Source: Thermostichus sp. DRC_bins_24
Lineage (GTDB): Bacteria; Cyanobacteriota; Cyanobacteriia; Thermostichales; Thermostichaceae
Direction: 5' to 3'
Assembly (NCBI GenBank): GCA_039794845.1
Contig: JAUQVK010000115.1
Location: forward strand, 44,655 to 108,654
Length of the DNA stretch: 64,000 bases
Positions 19,754 to 30,869 of this stretch are shown piece by piece (the first letter of the stretch is position 1; every line of letters begins with the position of its first letter). The translations under genes were made by a program, and so were the position numbers. Under the pieces are notes generated by a model. It had not been told where the DNA came from and searched no databases. It saw only the letters and a list, made by a program, of their open reading frames with translations.

Positions 19754-21457
19754 ATGTCTGTTGCCCCTTTCGACTTCAGCCACTTTTTTACCCATACTGA
19801 GATCCTGGAGTTTCTCCGGCAGATGGCATCTGCCTACCCTGATTTGATCACTTGGGAGGTAATTGGGCAGAGCTATGAGGGGCGGGATATTGTTTTGGCC
19901 ACCCTCACCCAGCGCCACACCGGGCCAGCCCTTGAAAAACCCGGCTATTGGATCGATGCCAACACCCATGCCGGGGAAGTGACGGGATCCGCAGTGGCTC
20001 TGTACGACATTCACTACCTGCTCACCCACTATGGCCGGGATGAACGGGCAACCCGCTTGCTGGATGGATACACCGTCTACGTGTTGCCCCGCATCGCCGT
20101 GGATGGCTCAGAGAAATATCTAACCACCCCCTACCGTCTGCGCTCCGGCACTCGTCCCTACCCGGAACCGGATCCGCAACCGGGTCTTTACCCAGAGGAT
20201 GTGAATGGGGATGGCAAGATTTTGCAGATGCGCAAGCAGGATCCCTGTGGGGCCTGGAAGGTATCCGCCTTAGATCCGAGGATTCTGGTACGGCGGGATC
20301 CCGATGAGTTTGGCGGCACCTACTACCATCTGATGACCGAAGGGCTGATTCGGGAGTTTGATGGCTACGATTTGCCGATGGCCCCAACTCTTGAAGGACT
20401 GGATTTTAATCGCAATTATCCCCACGAATGGGTACCCGAAAATGAGCAGGTGGGGGCGGGGGATTTTCCCTATTCTGAGCCGGAAACCCGGGCTATTGGA
20501 GAATTTTTGCGCACCCACCCCAACATCAACGGCTTTGTAACCTATCACACGTCTTCTGCCGTTCACATTCGCGCCTACGCCACCCACCCGGACGAACACT
20601 ACCCCCCTGAAGATCTGGACATTCACAAGCTGATTGGGGAAAAAGCCACCGAGATCACCGGTTATCCCACCATTTCTGGCTACCACCACTTTCGCTATCA
20701 CCCGAAGAAGGTCAGCCACGGCAACTTCAACAGCTATGCCTACGATGCCTTTGGTTGGTACGGGTTCACCACAGAATTGTGGGATCTGCCCACCGAGGCG
20801 GGGGTGGAGAAAAAAGATTTCATCCAGTGGTTTCGCTGGCACCCCGAAGCGGACGATTTGAAGATGTTGAAATGGAATGATCAGGTTTTGGGGGGGCGTG
20901 GCTTCATCGATTGGCAGGCCTTCGATCATCCCCAGTTGGGCAAGGTGGAAATCGGCGGCTGGGATTACAAAGCGGTTTGGCAAAATGTGCCCCCAGAATT
21001 GCTGCCGGATCTGTGTGACAAGCATTGCCGCTTCGCCATTGCCCATGCCCTGATGTCACCTCGGTTGGCCTTGGCCCGCAGCGAAGTGCATCGCCTTGGA
21101 TCGGCAGCAGAGGGATCCCTATCTTTGTTTTGGGTGGTGGTGCAGTACGAAAATCAGGGGTTCCTGCCCACCTATACCAGCCAAAAAGCCCTGGAGCGCA
21201 AGGCGGTACGGCCCATTCAAGTCAGTCTGGAACTGCCGGAAGGCTCTACCCTGATCACGGGATCCCCAACGCAAGAACTGGGGCATTTAGAAGGGCGCTC
21301 CAACAAAGCCTACGGTGAAATCATGTCTTCCAGCACCGGCATCGACTATCGCCGCAAGCTGGAATGGGTGATTCAAGCGCCGGTAGGCAGCTCTCTCCAA
21401 ATTGTGGCCCGAGCAGAACGGGCCGGAACGGTGCGCACTCAATTGTTGTTGGATTGA
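19754..21457 (+). CDS. M14-family zinc carboxypeptidase
   Basis: HAGE zinc motif, DFNRN, SEPETRA, TYH. Confidence 0.88.
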   Translation: MSVAPFDFSHFFTHTEILEFLRQMASAYPDLITWEVIGQSYEGRDIVLATLTQRHTGPALEKPGYWIDANTHAGEVTGSAVALYDIHYLLTHYGRDERATRLLDGYTVYVLPRIAVDGSEKYLTTPYRLRSGTRPYPEPDPQPGLYPEDVNGDGKILQMRKQDPCGAWKVSALDPRILVRRDPDEFGGTYYHLMTEGLIREFDGYDLPMAPTLEGLDFNRNYPHEWVPENEQVGAGDFPYSEPETRAIGEFLRTHPNINGFVTYHTSSAVHIRAYATHPDEHYPPEDLDIHKLIGEKATEITGYPTISGYHHFRYHPKKVSHGNFNSYAYDAFGWYGFTTELWDLPTEAGVEKKDFIQWFRWHPEADDLKMLKWNDQVLGGRGFIDWQAFDHPQLGKVEIGGWDYKAVWQNVPPELLPDLCDKHCRFAIAHALMSPRLALARSEVHRLGSAAEGSLSLFWVVVQYENQGFLPTYTSQKALERKAVRPIQVSLELPEGSTLITGSPTQELGHLEGRSNKAYGEIMSSSTGIDYRRKLEWVIQAPVGSSLQIVARAERAGTVRTQLLLD

Positions 21458-21551
21458 CGCTCATTCAGCCAAGCCCGAGGCTACAGCCGGAGATTCCTTA
21501 TTCCCCGAGTCTTGGCTCATTCTCAAGTCCTGACCCGTTTGGGTTCCCCAC

Positions 21552-22646
21552 CTACACTTCTCCCCAGCCAGGTTCTAGCTTCTGTTTCAGAGGTCGATAT
21601 ACCTTAAAGTAGGCAATGGATCCCGCCTGTCTGGCTAAGGCTTTACCGGGAGTATCTCCGCCCATGCAGCGTTGGCAAACGGGGTTGTTTACCTGCAGGC
21701 GATTGAACCCTTGCCGCAAGGCACAGGCAGGTTGGCCCGCCAAAATCTCGCCCAGGGATCCCCCCAACGCCAGTTTTCCCAACGGGATCCGTCCTTCATA
21801 GTCTTTGCAGCAAGGCACCACCGTGCCATCGCAGAGAACTCCTGCTTGCCCTGAGACCCCGTTACAGTATCCCCAACGGGCCGGGATCACGTGTTTTGTC
21901 TCCACATTGCCCCAGCTATCCAACGGGAAGGTCTCCAAAACCAAGCGCGGATGAAGGCGAATCTGTTGCCAACGTCCGGGGCGGTGGGCAGCAATTCGGG
22001 ATCCCATCCAATCGGGATCCGGGGCATCGGGGATCCCTTGCAAGGCCCGCGTGGCCCAAGCGGAGAGCTCTGCGCGCATCTGTTGCCCGGAATTGATGAC
22101 CGAAAGAGCCTTGTGAGGCACCAAAAAGGGGTGGGGGCTGGTGTCGAGAAACTTCAGGTGCACCTGGGTGGGGCTCTCGGAGCGCAGATGGGCTTGCAGA
22201 AAATCGGTTATGCCCTGAAAGTAACGCTCCGGGCTAAGGCGAGGCGGTGCCCCCCGGAGGGTGAAGGTAACCGGATCCGGCGTTTGCAGTGAGATCGTTA
22301 GTTTGGGCAATCGGCTACGGATCAACTTCTCGATGTGCTCAGGCCAGAGGGCGAAGGTGCTGCCATTGCTGGTCAGGTGCAGGTTGAGGCCCCGTTCCAC
22401 CGCCATGTGAATGCCCTGGAAAATGTATGGGTAGATCAAGGGCTCCCCCATCAGGTGAAAGGCGATCACTCGAGCCAATTGCGTTGCGGCCACCTCCTCC
22501 AAAATCTGCTCCAACAGGACGGGATCCATGTGCCCCCGTCGCCGCTGCATGATCGCATCTGGGCAAAACTCACACTTAAAGTTGCAAACGTTGGTCACCT
22601 CGATGTGGAGGCGCTCCAGTTGCGGTATGGGCAATCGCTTGGGCAT
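21552..22646 (-). CDS. Radical SAM protein with SPASM/Twitch domain
   Basis: CNFKCEFC (CX3CX2C), MGEPL, C-terminal YC...DGTVVPCC...CQRC. Confidence 0.9.
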   Translation of the reverse strand: MPKRLPIPQLERLHIEVTNVCNFKCEFCPDAIMQRRRGHMDPVLLEQILEEVAATQLARVIAFHLMGEPLIYPYIFQGIHMAVERGLNLHLTSNGSTFALWPEHIEKLIRSRLPKLTISLQTPDPVTFTLRGAPPRLSPERYFQGITDFLQAHLRSESPTQVHLKFLDTSPHPFLVPHKALSVINSGQQMRAELSAWATRALQGIPDAPDPDWMGSRIAAHRPGRWQQIRLHPRLVLETFPLDSWGNVETKHVIPARWGYCNGVSGQAGVLCDGTVVPCCKDYEGRIPLGKLALGGSLGEILAGQPACALRQGFNRLQVNNPVCQRCMGGDTPGKALARQAGSIAYFKVYRPLKQKLEPGWGEV

Positions 22647-22794
22647 GGGGAATCGAATAGGAGTCGGGGCGGGATCCCTAACAAGAGGGCGATCCTGTTC
22701 ATATTAGTTCCCCCCTCTCAATTTCATGAGAATCTCATCATTGTGTAGGGATCCCTCGGTTAGGCTAGCAATAGACCCTCCTCCTTGCACAAAC

Positions 22795-24627
22795 ATGGCC
22801 TACCAACCGATTGAGAACTACGGCATCATCGGCAATATGCAAAGTGTGGCGCTGGTGGGCATGAATGGCTCAATCGATTGGCTGTGCTTGCCCCGCTTCG
22901 ATTCTCCCAGTATTTTCGGCGCGATTTTGGACGATGAAAAGGGGGGGCGCTTTCAAATTACGGCGGTGGGAGAAACCGTTAAAAGTCAGCAATTCTATTG
23001 GCCGGATACGAATGTTTTGGTGACGCGGTTTGTCTCTGAGTCGGGCATTGGCGATGTGGTGGATTACATGACCGTGGGCCTGCGACCGGATGAACCGGGC
23101 TATCACTGGCTGATCCGGCGGGTACGGGCGGTGCGCGGCAGCATGACCTTTAAGCTGATCTGTCGGCCCGCTTTTAACTACGGACGGGATCCCCACGACA
23201 CCAAATTGATCGGCTGTGGGGCCAATTTCATCAGCAAAGATCTGGCCCTAGAACTGACCGCCCGCCTCCCGTTAGAAATTGATGGGGATGGGGTGGTTTC
23301 GGAATTTACCCTACAAGAAGAACAAACCACCTTTGTGGTGCTGCAACAGGATCGGGATCTGAGCACCTGCGACATTGTCGAGCAACAACGGGCGGATGAG
23401 CTGTTTTTGCACACCGTTCAATTTTGGCGGCACTGGGTTTCGCAGTGCACCTACACGGGACGCTGGCGGGAAATGGTGCATCGATCGGCTCTGGCCCTGA
23501 AGTTGCTCACCTACGAACCCACCGGTGGCATCATCGCCGCCGCCACCACCAGCCTGCCAGAAGGGATCGGCGGCGAACGCAACTGGGACTACCGCTACAC
23601 CTGGATTCGGGATGCGGCCTTCACCATCTATGCCCTCATGCGCATTGGCTTCACAGAAGAAGCGGCTCGTTTCATGCACTGGATCGAGGAGCGCACCCAC
23701 GATGCCAACCCCGATGGCTCTCTGCAACTGGTGTACGGCATCGACGGCCGAAAAGACCTGGAGGAATACACCCTCGATCACCTGGAGGGCTATAAGGGAT
23801 CCCGTCCGGTACGCATCGGCAACGGCGCCTACAAACAACTGCAACTGGATATTTACGGCGAACTGATGGATTCGGTCTATCTGTTCAACAAATACGGGAT
23901 CCCGATTTCCTACGACTTTTGGACCCAACTGCGGCGGCTGGTGGATTGGGTCTGCGACAACTGGAACCAGCCGGATGAAGGGGTATGGGAGGTGCGCGGT
24001 GGCCCCCAACACTTTGTTTACTCCCGCCTAATGTGCTGGGTAGCGTTGGATCGCGCCTTGCGACTGGCCAACAAGCGCTCCTTTCCCGCCGACCGTCTGC
24101 GCTGGGAACGGATCCGCGACCAAATCTACGAAGAGATCATGGACAAAGGTTGGAATGAGCAGCTGCAAACCTTTGTGCAGGCCTACGGCAGCGATGCCCT
24201 GGATGCTTCTACCCTGATCATGCCTTTGGTGTTGTTTTTGGCGCCGACGGATCCGCGCATGCTCAAAACCCTGGAAGCCATTGGCCGCCCGATACGGCAA
24301 GGGGGTCTGATGATGGGGGGCTTGGTCCACCGCTACGATGTGCGCAAAACCGACGATGGCCTGACGGGGGAAGAAGGCACCTTCAACATCTGCTCCTTTT
24401 GGATGGTGGAGGCGATGACGCGGGCCGGGGCTGCCGATCCAATCTGGTTGGAGCGTGCCCGGCTAATGTTTGAGGAGATGCTGGGGTATTCCAATCACCT
24501 GGGGCTGTACGCAGAGCAAATTGGCTCCAGTGGCGAGGCTTTGGGCAATTTTCCTCAAGCCTTTACCCATTTGGCTCTGATCAGTGCTGCCTTTAATCTG
24601 GATCGGGCCTTGGGACAACGGGATTAG
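22795..24627 (+). CDS. Glycoside hydrolase family 15 (trehalase/glucoamylase-like)
   Basis: [40 protein letters not shown]. Confidence 0.93.
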   Translation: MAYQPIENYGIIGNMQSVALVGMNGSIDWLCLPRFDSPSIFGAILDDEKGGRFQITAVGETVKSQQFYWPDTNVLVTRFVSESGIGDVVDYMTVGLRPDEPGYHWLIRRVRAVRGSMTFKLICRPAFNYGRDPHDTKLIGCGANFISKDLALELTARLPLEIDGDGVVSEFTLQEEQTTFVVLQQDRDLSTCDIVEQQRADELFLHTVQFWRHWVSQCTYTGRWREMVHRSALALKLLTYEPTGGIIAAATTSLPEGIGGERNWDYRYTWIRDAAFTIYALMRIGFTEEAARFMHWIEERTHDANPDGSLQLVYGIDGRKDLEEYTLDHLEGYKGSRPVRIGNGAYKQLQLDIYGELMDSVYLFNKYGIPISYDFWTQLRRLVDWVCDNWNQPDEGVWEVRGGPQHFVYSRLMCWVALDRALRLANKRSFPADRLRWERIRDQIYEEIMDKGWNEQLQTFVQAYGSDALDASTLIMPLVLFLAPTDPRMLKTLEAIGRPIRQGGLMMGGLVHRYDVRKTDDGLTGEEGTFNICSFWMVEAMTRAGAADPIWLERARLMFEEMLGYSNHLGLYAEQIGSSGEALGNFPQAFTHLALISAAFNLDRALGQRD

Positions 24628-24683
24628 CCGGGATCCCCGGTGACTGCAGCTAACATAGGCATGGCCCTTTTGGTTTGAGCAGT

Positions 24684-25610
24684 ATGTCGCTACTACCGTC
24701 GTTCCTGTCGTCTGTTCCGCCCATTCGTGGCCTGCAAGCGTTGTCTGTGAGCGTCGGGGTTGCACTGTTCATGGGGGGATCCCTGCCCACTGCCCAAGCC
24801 CAGGTGCTGATGCACGTGCCTGTACCCAATGGGGGTTTGATGCAGGCCCAAGGGCTACAACTGGCCACCGACTCGCTACGATTGGCACAGTTTGGTCAAG
24901 CCGAGGAAGCTCTGCGCCGTCTGCAATTGGCGGTTGAAATGGTGCCCAATTCCTCGGAGCTGCACTATGTTTTGGGGAATGTTCATCTGCAGCTAGGAGA
25001 CTACGGCCAAGCCATCCAAGCGTTGCAAAAGGCGCGCGCTTTAGCCCCGGAAGATGCTGCCGTTCTCTACTCCCTGGGATCTTCCTATCTGCGGCAGGGC
25101 AGTTACTTTGCTGCCGTTGAAGCCCTAGAACGGGCTGTTGCCCTACAGCCGGATAACCCCAACGCCCGCTTCCAACTGGGCAATGCCTATTTGTTACTGA
25201 ACAACGGTGACCGTGCCCGCCAGGAATACGAAGAGGCCCTGCGGCTGGATCCCTCCTATTGGCCCGCTATGAACAACATTGGCTTGGTGGATTACGAGCA
25301 GGGAGACCTGGAGGCCGCCATTGACCGCTGGGAACGTACCCTAGAGATGATCGACACCATGGCCGAGCCCTACCTGGCTCTAGCCACCGCCCTCTATATC
25401 AAAGGAGAAACCGAACGGGCGGAAGAACTGGGTGCAAAGGCGATGCGCCTGGATCCGGAATATGCCCGCCTGCAAGTGCTCCGAGAAAACCTCTGGGGGG
25501 AAAACCTCCTGCGCGATGTGCAGATTCTCCTGCGTACCCGCCCTGTAATGGAAGCCCTGCAACAAGCAGCCGTCGATCAGTTCAACCAGCAAATGGGCCT
25601 TTCAGAGTAG
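24684..25610 (+). CDS. Secreted tetratricopeptide repeat protein
   Basis: Signal peptide ending AQA followed by several TPR repeats; start uncertain. Confidence 0.85.
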   Translation: MSLLPSFLSSVPPIRGLQALSVSVGVALFMGGSLPTAQAQVLMHVPVPNGGLMQAQGLQLATDSLRLAQFGQAEEALRRLQLAVEMVPNSSELHYVLGNVHLQLGDYGQAIQALQKARALAPEDAAVLYSLGSSYLRQGSYFAAVEALERAVALQPDNPNARFQLGNAYLLLNNGDRARQEYEEALRLDPSYWPAMNNIGLVDYEQGDLEAAIDRWERTLEMIDTMAEPYLALATALYIKGETERAEELGAKAMRLDPEYARLQVLRENLWGENLLRDVQILLRTRPVMEALQQAAVDQFNQQMGLSE

Positions 25611-25640
25611 GGAGTTATTTCATCGCAATCTTCACCCTAG

Positions 25641-25711
25641 TTCCCCGCGCTCTACCCATTAGGGTGGTCGTGGAGCAACTCCGTAGGAGTAACATCGGGT
25701 AGTTTAGTCAA
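25641..25711 (+). repeat. Degenerate relative of the IS605-like mini-element right end
   Basis: Shares CCCGCGCTCTACCC with 5755-5768, carries the nested hairpin ACTCC-GTA-GGAGT and ends ...TCGGGTAGTTTAGTCAA. Confidence 0.4.
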
Positions 25712-25745
25712 AATCGTTCCTCCGTATAGGTTCTCGTATAGGTTC

Positions 25746-25916
25746 TGTAGTCCTTGCCATTGAGGCTGAAACAGCTCCCTCACCCCCGGCCCCTCTCCCA
25801 GAGCGGGAGAGGGGAGAAAAAAAAGTCTATCGTCGGGGGTTACCTGTGACCGGCGGTGCCCTATGGGGGGCGAACGCACCAGCGTGCCCTGAGCGTAATG
25901 AGCGTAAAGGGCTGTA
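25746..25916 (-). mobile_element. MITE-like composite repeat related to the xisH insertion
   Basis: Ends ...GCGTAAAGGGCTG|TA; contains the hairpin CCCCTCTCCC-AGAGC-GGGAGAGGGG (25790-25814); colinear with 59549-59640; the other end is degenerate. Confidence 0.55.
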
Positions 25917-26140
25917 CCGGACTTTTTGCCTTGTCTGTCACCGATGTAGGGGCGAACGTTGGAGCTTAGCTCTTGGGTTGGCAAAAGGGTTGCGGACTCT
26001 TTGCCGCCAGCGGGATGGTGTTCTTACAGCTGCAACCGGCCCTAAACCCATGAGAAGTTTTGTGGCTAAGTGGCTGAGAAGACAGCTGGCTGCTATGGTT
26101 GTCAGGATTCTTGCCCTTTGTCTTGCTTGAGTTTTCCGTC

Positions 26141-28072
26141 ATGGTGCTGTTACTGGCCAACCTCATCGCGGCTTCGCTGTTTGTGATCTGTCCTTGGTGG
26201 GTGCTCAAACGGGAATTTGGCGGCGCTGGGGTTCTAGCAGGCACCTTTGGGGTAGTTGACCCGCAAGAATTGGGGATCCCTGACGGCTTGGCGGTGGATT
26301 GGATCCCTGGGTTGAGCGGGGCTTGGCTGCTGTTGACCCTGGTTTCCTGTTTGACGCTGGGGATCCGCAAACCTCAGTTGCGGGCGCAGGTGCTCTATGG
26401 CTTGGGCCTCGGCGGCCTGCTCCTGTTCGGGGTGGGCTTGTTCTTGTTCTATCGGGCGATTGGGGCGGTGAATGGGGCAGCCTTGGCGGAAGGGATCCTG
26501 CCGGCGCGCTTGCCGTTGCGGCGGTTTAGCCCCTCGTTGGCCGGCTACGCCAGTTTTGCCTATGCCTTGTTGTTGCTGCTGTTGGGGCGGCTGCAACTAC
26601 CGGGGGGGAAAGCCTTTTTGGTGCGGCGGCGGCAGATCGTGGTGCCCCTCAGTGCCCTGGGGGCAGCGGTGGCGGTGGGGGCGGTGGTGGTGTGGATGTT
26701 GCGACCTGGATTGGGTTCCTCACCGGATTTGACTCCCTTTGAGAACCTGACCACCAAGTTGGATTTGGTCACCTATACCTTTCAGTTGTTGTTTAGACCC
26801 CTCACCCATCTGTCGGGGTTGTTCCAGAGTTTGCTGTTGGCTACCCCGTTGATTTTTACAGGGTTGGCCGTGGCCTTCGGCTTTCAGGCGGGCCTGTTTA
26901 ATATCGGTGCTCCCGGCCAACTGACGATGGGGGCCATTGCCACCATGCTGGTGGGGGTGTACCTGCCGGGGCCAAGCTGGTTGACACTGCCTTTGTCAAT
27001 TTTGGCAGCGGCGGTGGGAGGAGGCCTCTGGGGCGGGATCCCCGGTTGGCTGAAGGCCCGCTTCGGCACCCACGAGGTGATTAACACCATCATGATGAAC
27101 TACATCGCTGCCTCGATTTTTCTGTTTTTGATCTCCGCCAACCAGTACCGCTTTTTCGGCTACCCGATCACTTTGCCCTTCAAAGCCCCGGGCCCCGAAG
27201 CCCGTAGCTATGAAATTCGTCCGGAATCGCGGATCCCGACGGTGCTGGAGTTGCTGGGGTTACAGGGATCCGGTGCGGGGGAACTCTCCTGGGCTTGGCC
27301 CCTGGCTTTGGTGGCAGGGGTGGGATTTTACCTGCTGTGGCGACGTTGGCCGATTCAACGGCGGTTGCTCGGATCCCTGGCGGTGGCGTTGTTGGCTTTT
27401 CTGCTGGGGGGGATCCTGCCCGGTTGGCCGGTGGAGGTTCCGGCGGGATTGGCGGCAATCCGTTTGAATGGGGCCTTTTTGATTGCCCTTTTGGCGGTGG
27501 CAGGGGTGAATTTTTACCTGTGGCGGACGATCGAGGGCTATGAGTTGCGGGCGATGGGCCTCTCCCCCAAGGCGGCGGAATATGCCGGGGTGAACTTGGG
27601 TCAAAAACGGATCCTGGCTATGGCCATTTCGGGGGCGTTGGCGGGGTTGGCGGCCACCCACTATGTCTTAGGAGCAGGTCTGGAGGAATATCGTCTGAAG
27701 CAATCTTTGCCCGCCAATGTCGGTTTTGATGGCATTGCCGTGGCTCTAATGGGGCAAAACTCCCCCCTGGGGATTACCCTCACCGCCCTGCTGTTCGGGG
27801 TGTTGCTCACGGGCGGCCTGCAGCTGAACTTGGAATTGGGCATCAGCCGAGAGCTGGTCACCACTCTCCAGGCTTTAATTGTTTTGTTCATCGCTGCCGG
27901 AGGGCTACTGCCCACCTATTTCACGGATCCCTTGCAGGCGGCCCAGGTGGAAATGGATGCGCAAAGGGCCCTTGCCCCATCTCCAGAACAAGACGGGCTC
28001 CCTTCAGGGCCCACCTCTGGCCCACCTTCTGCCCCTCAGCCGCCGTCGGAAAAGCAGACCGGATTCACCTAA
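26141..28072 (+). CDS. Nucleoside/simple-sugar ABC transporter permease with N-terminal membrane extension
   Basis: ATPLIFTGLAVAFGFQAGLFNIGAPGQ, HEVINTIMMNY, GFDGIAVALMG; start uncertain (26099 or 26141). Confidence 0.88.
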   Translation: MVLLLANLIAASLFVICPWWVLKREFGGAGVLAGTFGVVDPQELGIPDGLAVDWIPGLSGAWLLLTLVSCLTLGIRKPQLRAQVLYGLGLGGLLLFGVGLFLFYRAIGAVNGAALAEGILPARLPLRRFSPSLAGYASFAYALLLLLLGRLQLPGGKAFLVRRRQIVVPLSALGAAVAVGAVVVWMLRPGLGSSPDLTPFENLTTKLDLVTYTFQLLFRPLTHLSGLFQSLLLATPLIFTGLAVAFGFQAGLFNIGAPGQLTMGAIATMLVGVYLPGPSWLTLPLSILAAAVGGGLWGGIPGWLKARFGTHEVINTIMMNYIAASIFLFLISANQYRFFGYPITLPFKAPGPEARSYEIRPESRIPTVLELLGLQGSGAGELSWAWPLALVAGVGFYLLWRRWPIQRRLLGSLAVALLAFLLGGILPGWPVEVPAGLAAIRLNGAFLIALLAVAGVNFYLWRTIEGYELRAMGLSPKAAEYAGVNLGQKRILAMAISGALAGLAATHYVLGAGLEEYRLKQSLPANVGFDGIAVALMGQNSPLGITLTALLFGVLLTGGLQLNLELGISRELVTTLQALIVLFIAAGGLLPTYFTDPLQAAQVEMDAQRALAPSPEQDGLPSGPTSGPPSAPQPPSEKQTGFT

Positions 28073-29253
28073 CCTTCCTGCACACTTAACAGGCGGGATC
28101 CCACCAATCGTTGCAACCAAGGGGTGAGAAATTCCCGGTTTGCCAATTGTTGCTGGGGATCCTGAGTTTCCAACGGAAAAGGAGCCAGGGCCCGCAAAGC
28201 AGCCGTGGTGACACAAAACATAGCTTTTTGAAAGCTCAAGCAGATTTTCACCCGCAGATCATCCTCTCCACGCAAACTGCGGCGGTAGTGCTCCCGCAAA
28301 TAGGGGGGCAAATGCCGCATCATGTCTTGCATCAAAAGGGTGGGAGGGATCCCGGCACTGCCCACCGGTAACGGATCTGCATAGAGGGCTCCATAGGCGA
28401 AATCCGCCTGTTTCTCCGGGATCTGTCCAGCCTGAGCGTTGTAGGAAAGGGTGCCCATGAAGGGAAAAGAACGGAAAAACACCGCCTCCACATAAGGAAT
28501 CGCCGTATCTGGCAAAAAGGTCAGCCCTACCGACAGCGGGATCACCTCATGGCGTTTACCCCAGATGCACGGGGCGTAGGTAATGGGTTTATTGGCGGCC
28601 TCCACCAAACCCTGCTGCACGTGGGCCACCACATCGGTAATGGTAAGGTGAGGCTCCGTCTCGTAGCGTTTGGCCAAGGCCAGGAACAGATCGCTCATCA
28701 CCCGCCAAAACTGGCCCAATCCGCTATACATGGCCAGCATGCGTACCTGCTCCAGGCCAAAATCGGGGAAGAGGATCCCCAAGCTCCGCAAAAAGGGGTT
28801 GAACTTAATCTTGGCTTGAATGGCAGCCCTGGCCCGCTCCACAAACTCCGGCGTATCCAAATAGGCATCCAACCCGCCACCCCCGTGCCAAAGCATGGCC
28901 TTCATACAGTATTCGGCAAACTCATAGTTAATGCGGTCGTGCCAAAGGTAACGCAGCCATTTGCCAGGGGTAATCTCGCCGTTGAAATACTTAAAGGCGG
29001 GGAATAACTCCAAAAATTGATGGTCGGCAATAAAGATCAAATTGCGGGAATAAGCATCCAAAACTTCCCCGTAACTGTGCAGGATCCCGATCACCTCCAA
29101 GCGGTTCATCACCGAATCGGGCAACAGGGCCCCCCCCGCCTCAAGGCGTTGCAAAATCGGGCTAATCCGCACCTGATCCAACGGATCCAAGCCCACCAGC
29201 AGAAAACAGGAGGGAGAAAGAGAAGAACCATCACGAGGCAACGTAGAAGTCAT
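28069..29253 (-). CDS. cupB: CO2 hydration protein CupB/ChpX
   Basis: RLEAGGALLPDS, HDRINYEFAEYCMKAMLWHGGGGLDAYLD, GIPPTLLMQDM. Confidence 0.9.
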   Translation of the reverse strand: MTSTLPRDGSSLSPSCFLLVGLDPLDQVRISPILQRLEAGGALLPDSVMNRLEVIGILHSYGEVLDAYSRNLIFIADHQFLELFPAFKYFNGEITPGKWLRYLWHDRINYEFAEYCMKAMLWHGGGGLDAYLDTPEFVERARAAIQAKIKFNPFLRSLGILFPDFGLEQVRMLAMYSGLGQFWRVMSDLFLALAKRYETEPHLTITDVVAHVQQGLVEAANKPITYAPCIWGKRHEVIPLSVGLTFLPDTAIPYVEAVFFRSFPFMGTLSYNAQAGQIPEKQADFAYGALYADPLPVGSAGIPPTLLMQDMMRHLPPYLREHYRRSLRGEDDLRVKICLSFQKAMFCVTTAALRALAPFPLETQDPQQQLANREFLTPWLQRLVGSRLLSVQEG

Positions 29254-29326
29254 AGGAGGAGGAAGCGTCAATAATCAGTCAACAATCAAATGCAAATGGA
29301 AACGGGATTTAGGGCAAAAACTCAAT

Positions 29327-30844
29327 TTAAGGCAAAGTTGGAGGATCGCCACCGTCCACCGGGGCAAGCGCCACGGTGATTGGGGCGGGATTCAATAGAT
29401 GGGCTAGATGGGTTGTCGTCTGTTCTACCCAGCCCGTTACCCAAGCCGGTTGCAACCCCAGCAGCACCACGATCACCGCCAAAACCCCTGCAGGTAACCG
29501 TTCCCCCAAGCGTCGTCGCGGCATGGCAATCGCCACATCCGATAAACGGCCAAAAAAGACACGGTTCACCATTAGCAGGAAATAGGCCGCCGTCAACCCG
29601 GTTCCAATCATGCACAGCAAGGTCTGCACGGGGAACATCGGAAAACTGCCGCGAAAGACGATGAACTCGGCGATAAAGCCCACCATGCCCGGCGTACCGC
29701 CACTGGCCATCACCCCCAACACCATCAAACTACCGATCAACGGTAAGCCCCGCTCGGGATTCAGCAACCCCTGCAGCAGCTTCAGATCCCGTGTGCCGGT
29801 GTTGGTGTAAACTGCCCCCACCAGCAGAAACAGCAGCGCCGAAATCAGGCCGTGACTGACCATTTGAAAGACGGAGCCCACCAAAGCCAGCGGAGTCGCC
29901 GCCGCCGCCGCCAGCAAGATATAACCCATGTGGGCGATAGAGCTGTAGGCCACCAGCTTTTTCATATCCTGCTGCACCAAGGCATTAAAGGAGCCGTACA
30001 GCACATTCACCACCGCCAAACCCGCCAACCACGGCCCCGCCTGAGCCCAGGCATCCGGCAACAGCTGCAAGCCAAAGCGCAGCAGGCCGTAGGTACCCAA
30101 TTTCAGCAGCAACCCCGCCAACAACACCGAAATGGGGGTAGAAGCCTCCACGTGGGCATCCGGCAACCAAGTGTGAAAAGGAACCAGCGGAATTTTGATC
30201 GCCAGCCCCAACAAAATCGGAATTAACAATAGGGTCTGCTGTATCAAAGGCAGGGGATGGGCCTGCAACACCGTGTACGTAAAGCTATTGGTGTCGCTCA
30301 GCCAACTGAGACCAAAAAAGCCGATCAACAACAGGATCCCGGACAGGGCCGTATAGACCAAAAACTTGGTAGCCGCATAGATGCGCCGTGGCCCTCCCCA
30401 GATGGCAATGAGCAAATACAGCGGGATCAGTTCGATTTCATAAAACAGGAAAAACAGCAGCAAATTCTGTGTTAGAAAGGCCCCTGCCACCGCCGCCGCC
30501 AACATCAACAACAAACTGTAATAGAGGCGAGGCCGCTCTACCTTGCCACTGGCCCAGATGGCAATCAGCACCAGCAAGCCATTCATCACCACCAAGGGCA
30601 AAGAAAGGCCATCCACCCCCAGCTCATAAATCAGGCCCAACTGTGGAATCCAAGCTACCGTTTCCGCCAATTGCACCGATCCGAGATTGGGATCAAACTG
30701 CAGCAACAACCCCACACTCAGGCCAAACAAAATCAGTCCAAATCCCAACGCCAAGGTTCGGTGGATCTGCTTGCCCCCTTGCTCCGGGATCAACCCGATT
30801 AAAACTGCCCCCAACAAAGGGATCCCAATCAGTAGGCTTAACAT
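29327..30844 (-). CDS. ndhD4: NDH-1 subunit 4, CO2-uptake type
   Basis: PFHTWLPDAHVEA, AYSSIAHMG; adjacent to cupB. Confidence 0.88.
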   Translation of the reverse strand: MLSLLIGIPLLGAVLIGLIPEQGGKQIHRTLALGFGLILFGLSVGLLLQFDPNLGSVQLAETVAWIPQLGLIYELGVDGLSLPLVVMNGLLVLIAIWASGKVERPRLYYSLLLMLAAAVAGAFLTQNLLLFFLFYEIELIPLYLLIAIWGGPRRIYAATKFLVYTALSGILLLIGFFGLSWLSDTNSFTYTVLQAHPLPLIQQTLLLIPILLGLAIKIPLVPFHTWLPDAHVEASTPISVLLAGLLLKLGTYGLLRFGLQLLPDAWAQAGPWLAGLAVVNVLYGSFNALVQQDMKKLVAYSSIAHMGYILLAAAAATPLALVGSVFQMVSHGLISALLFLLVGAVYTNTGTRDLKLLQGLLNPERGLPLIGSLMVLGVMASGGTPGMVGFIAEFIVFRGSFPMFPVQTLLCMIGTGLTAAYFLLMVNRVFFGRLSDVAIAMPRRRLGERLPAGVLAVIVVLLGLQPAWVTGWVEQTTTHLAHLLNPAPITVALAPVDGGDPPTLP

Positions 30845-30869
30845 GCCCCTCTCCCTGAAGACTGGTTTA

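Noticed and set aside
26050..26130. Possible frameshifted N-terminus of the ABC permease (MRSFVAKW...)
   Set aside because: In-frame starts at 26099 and 26141 explain the gene; no slippery site seen.
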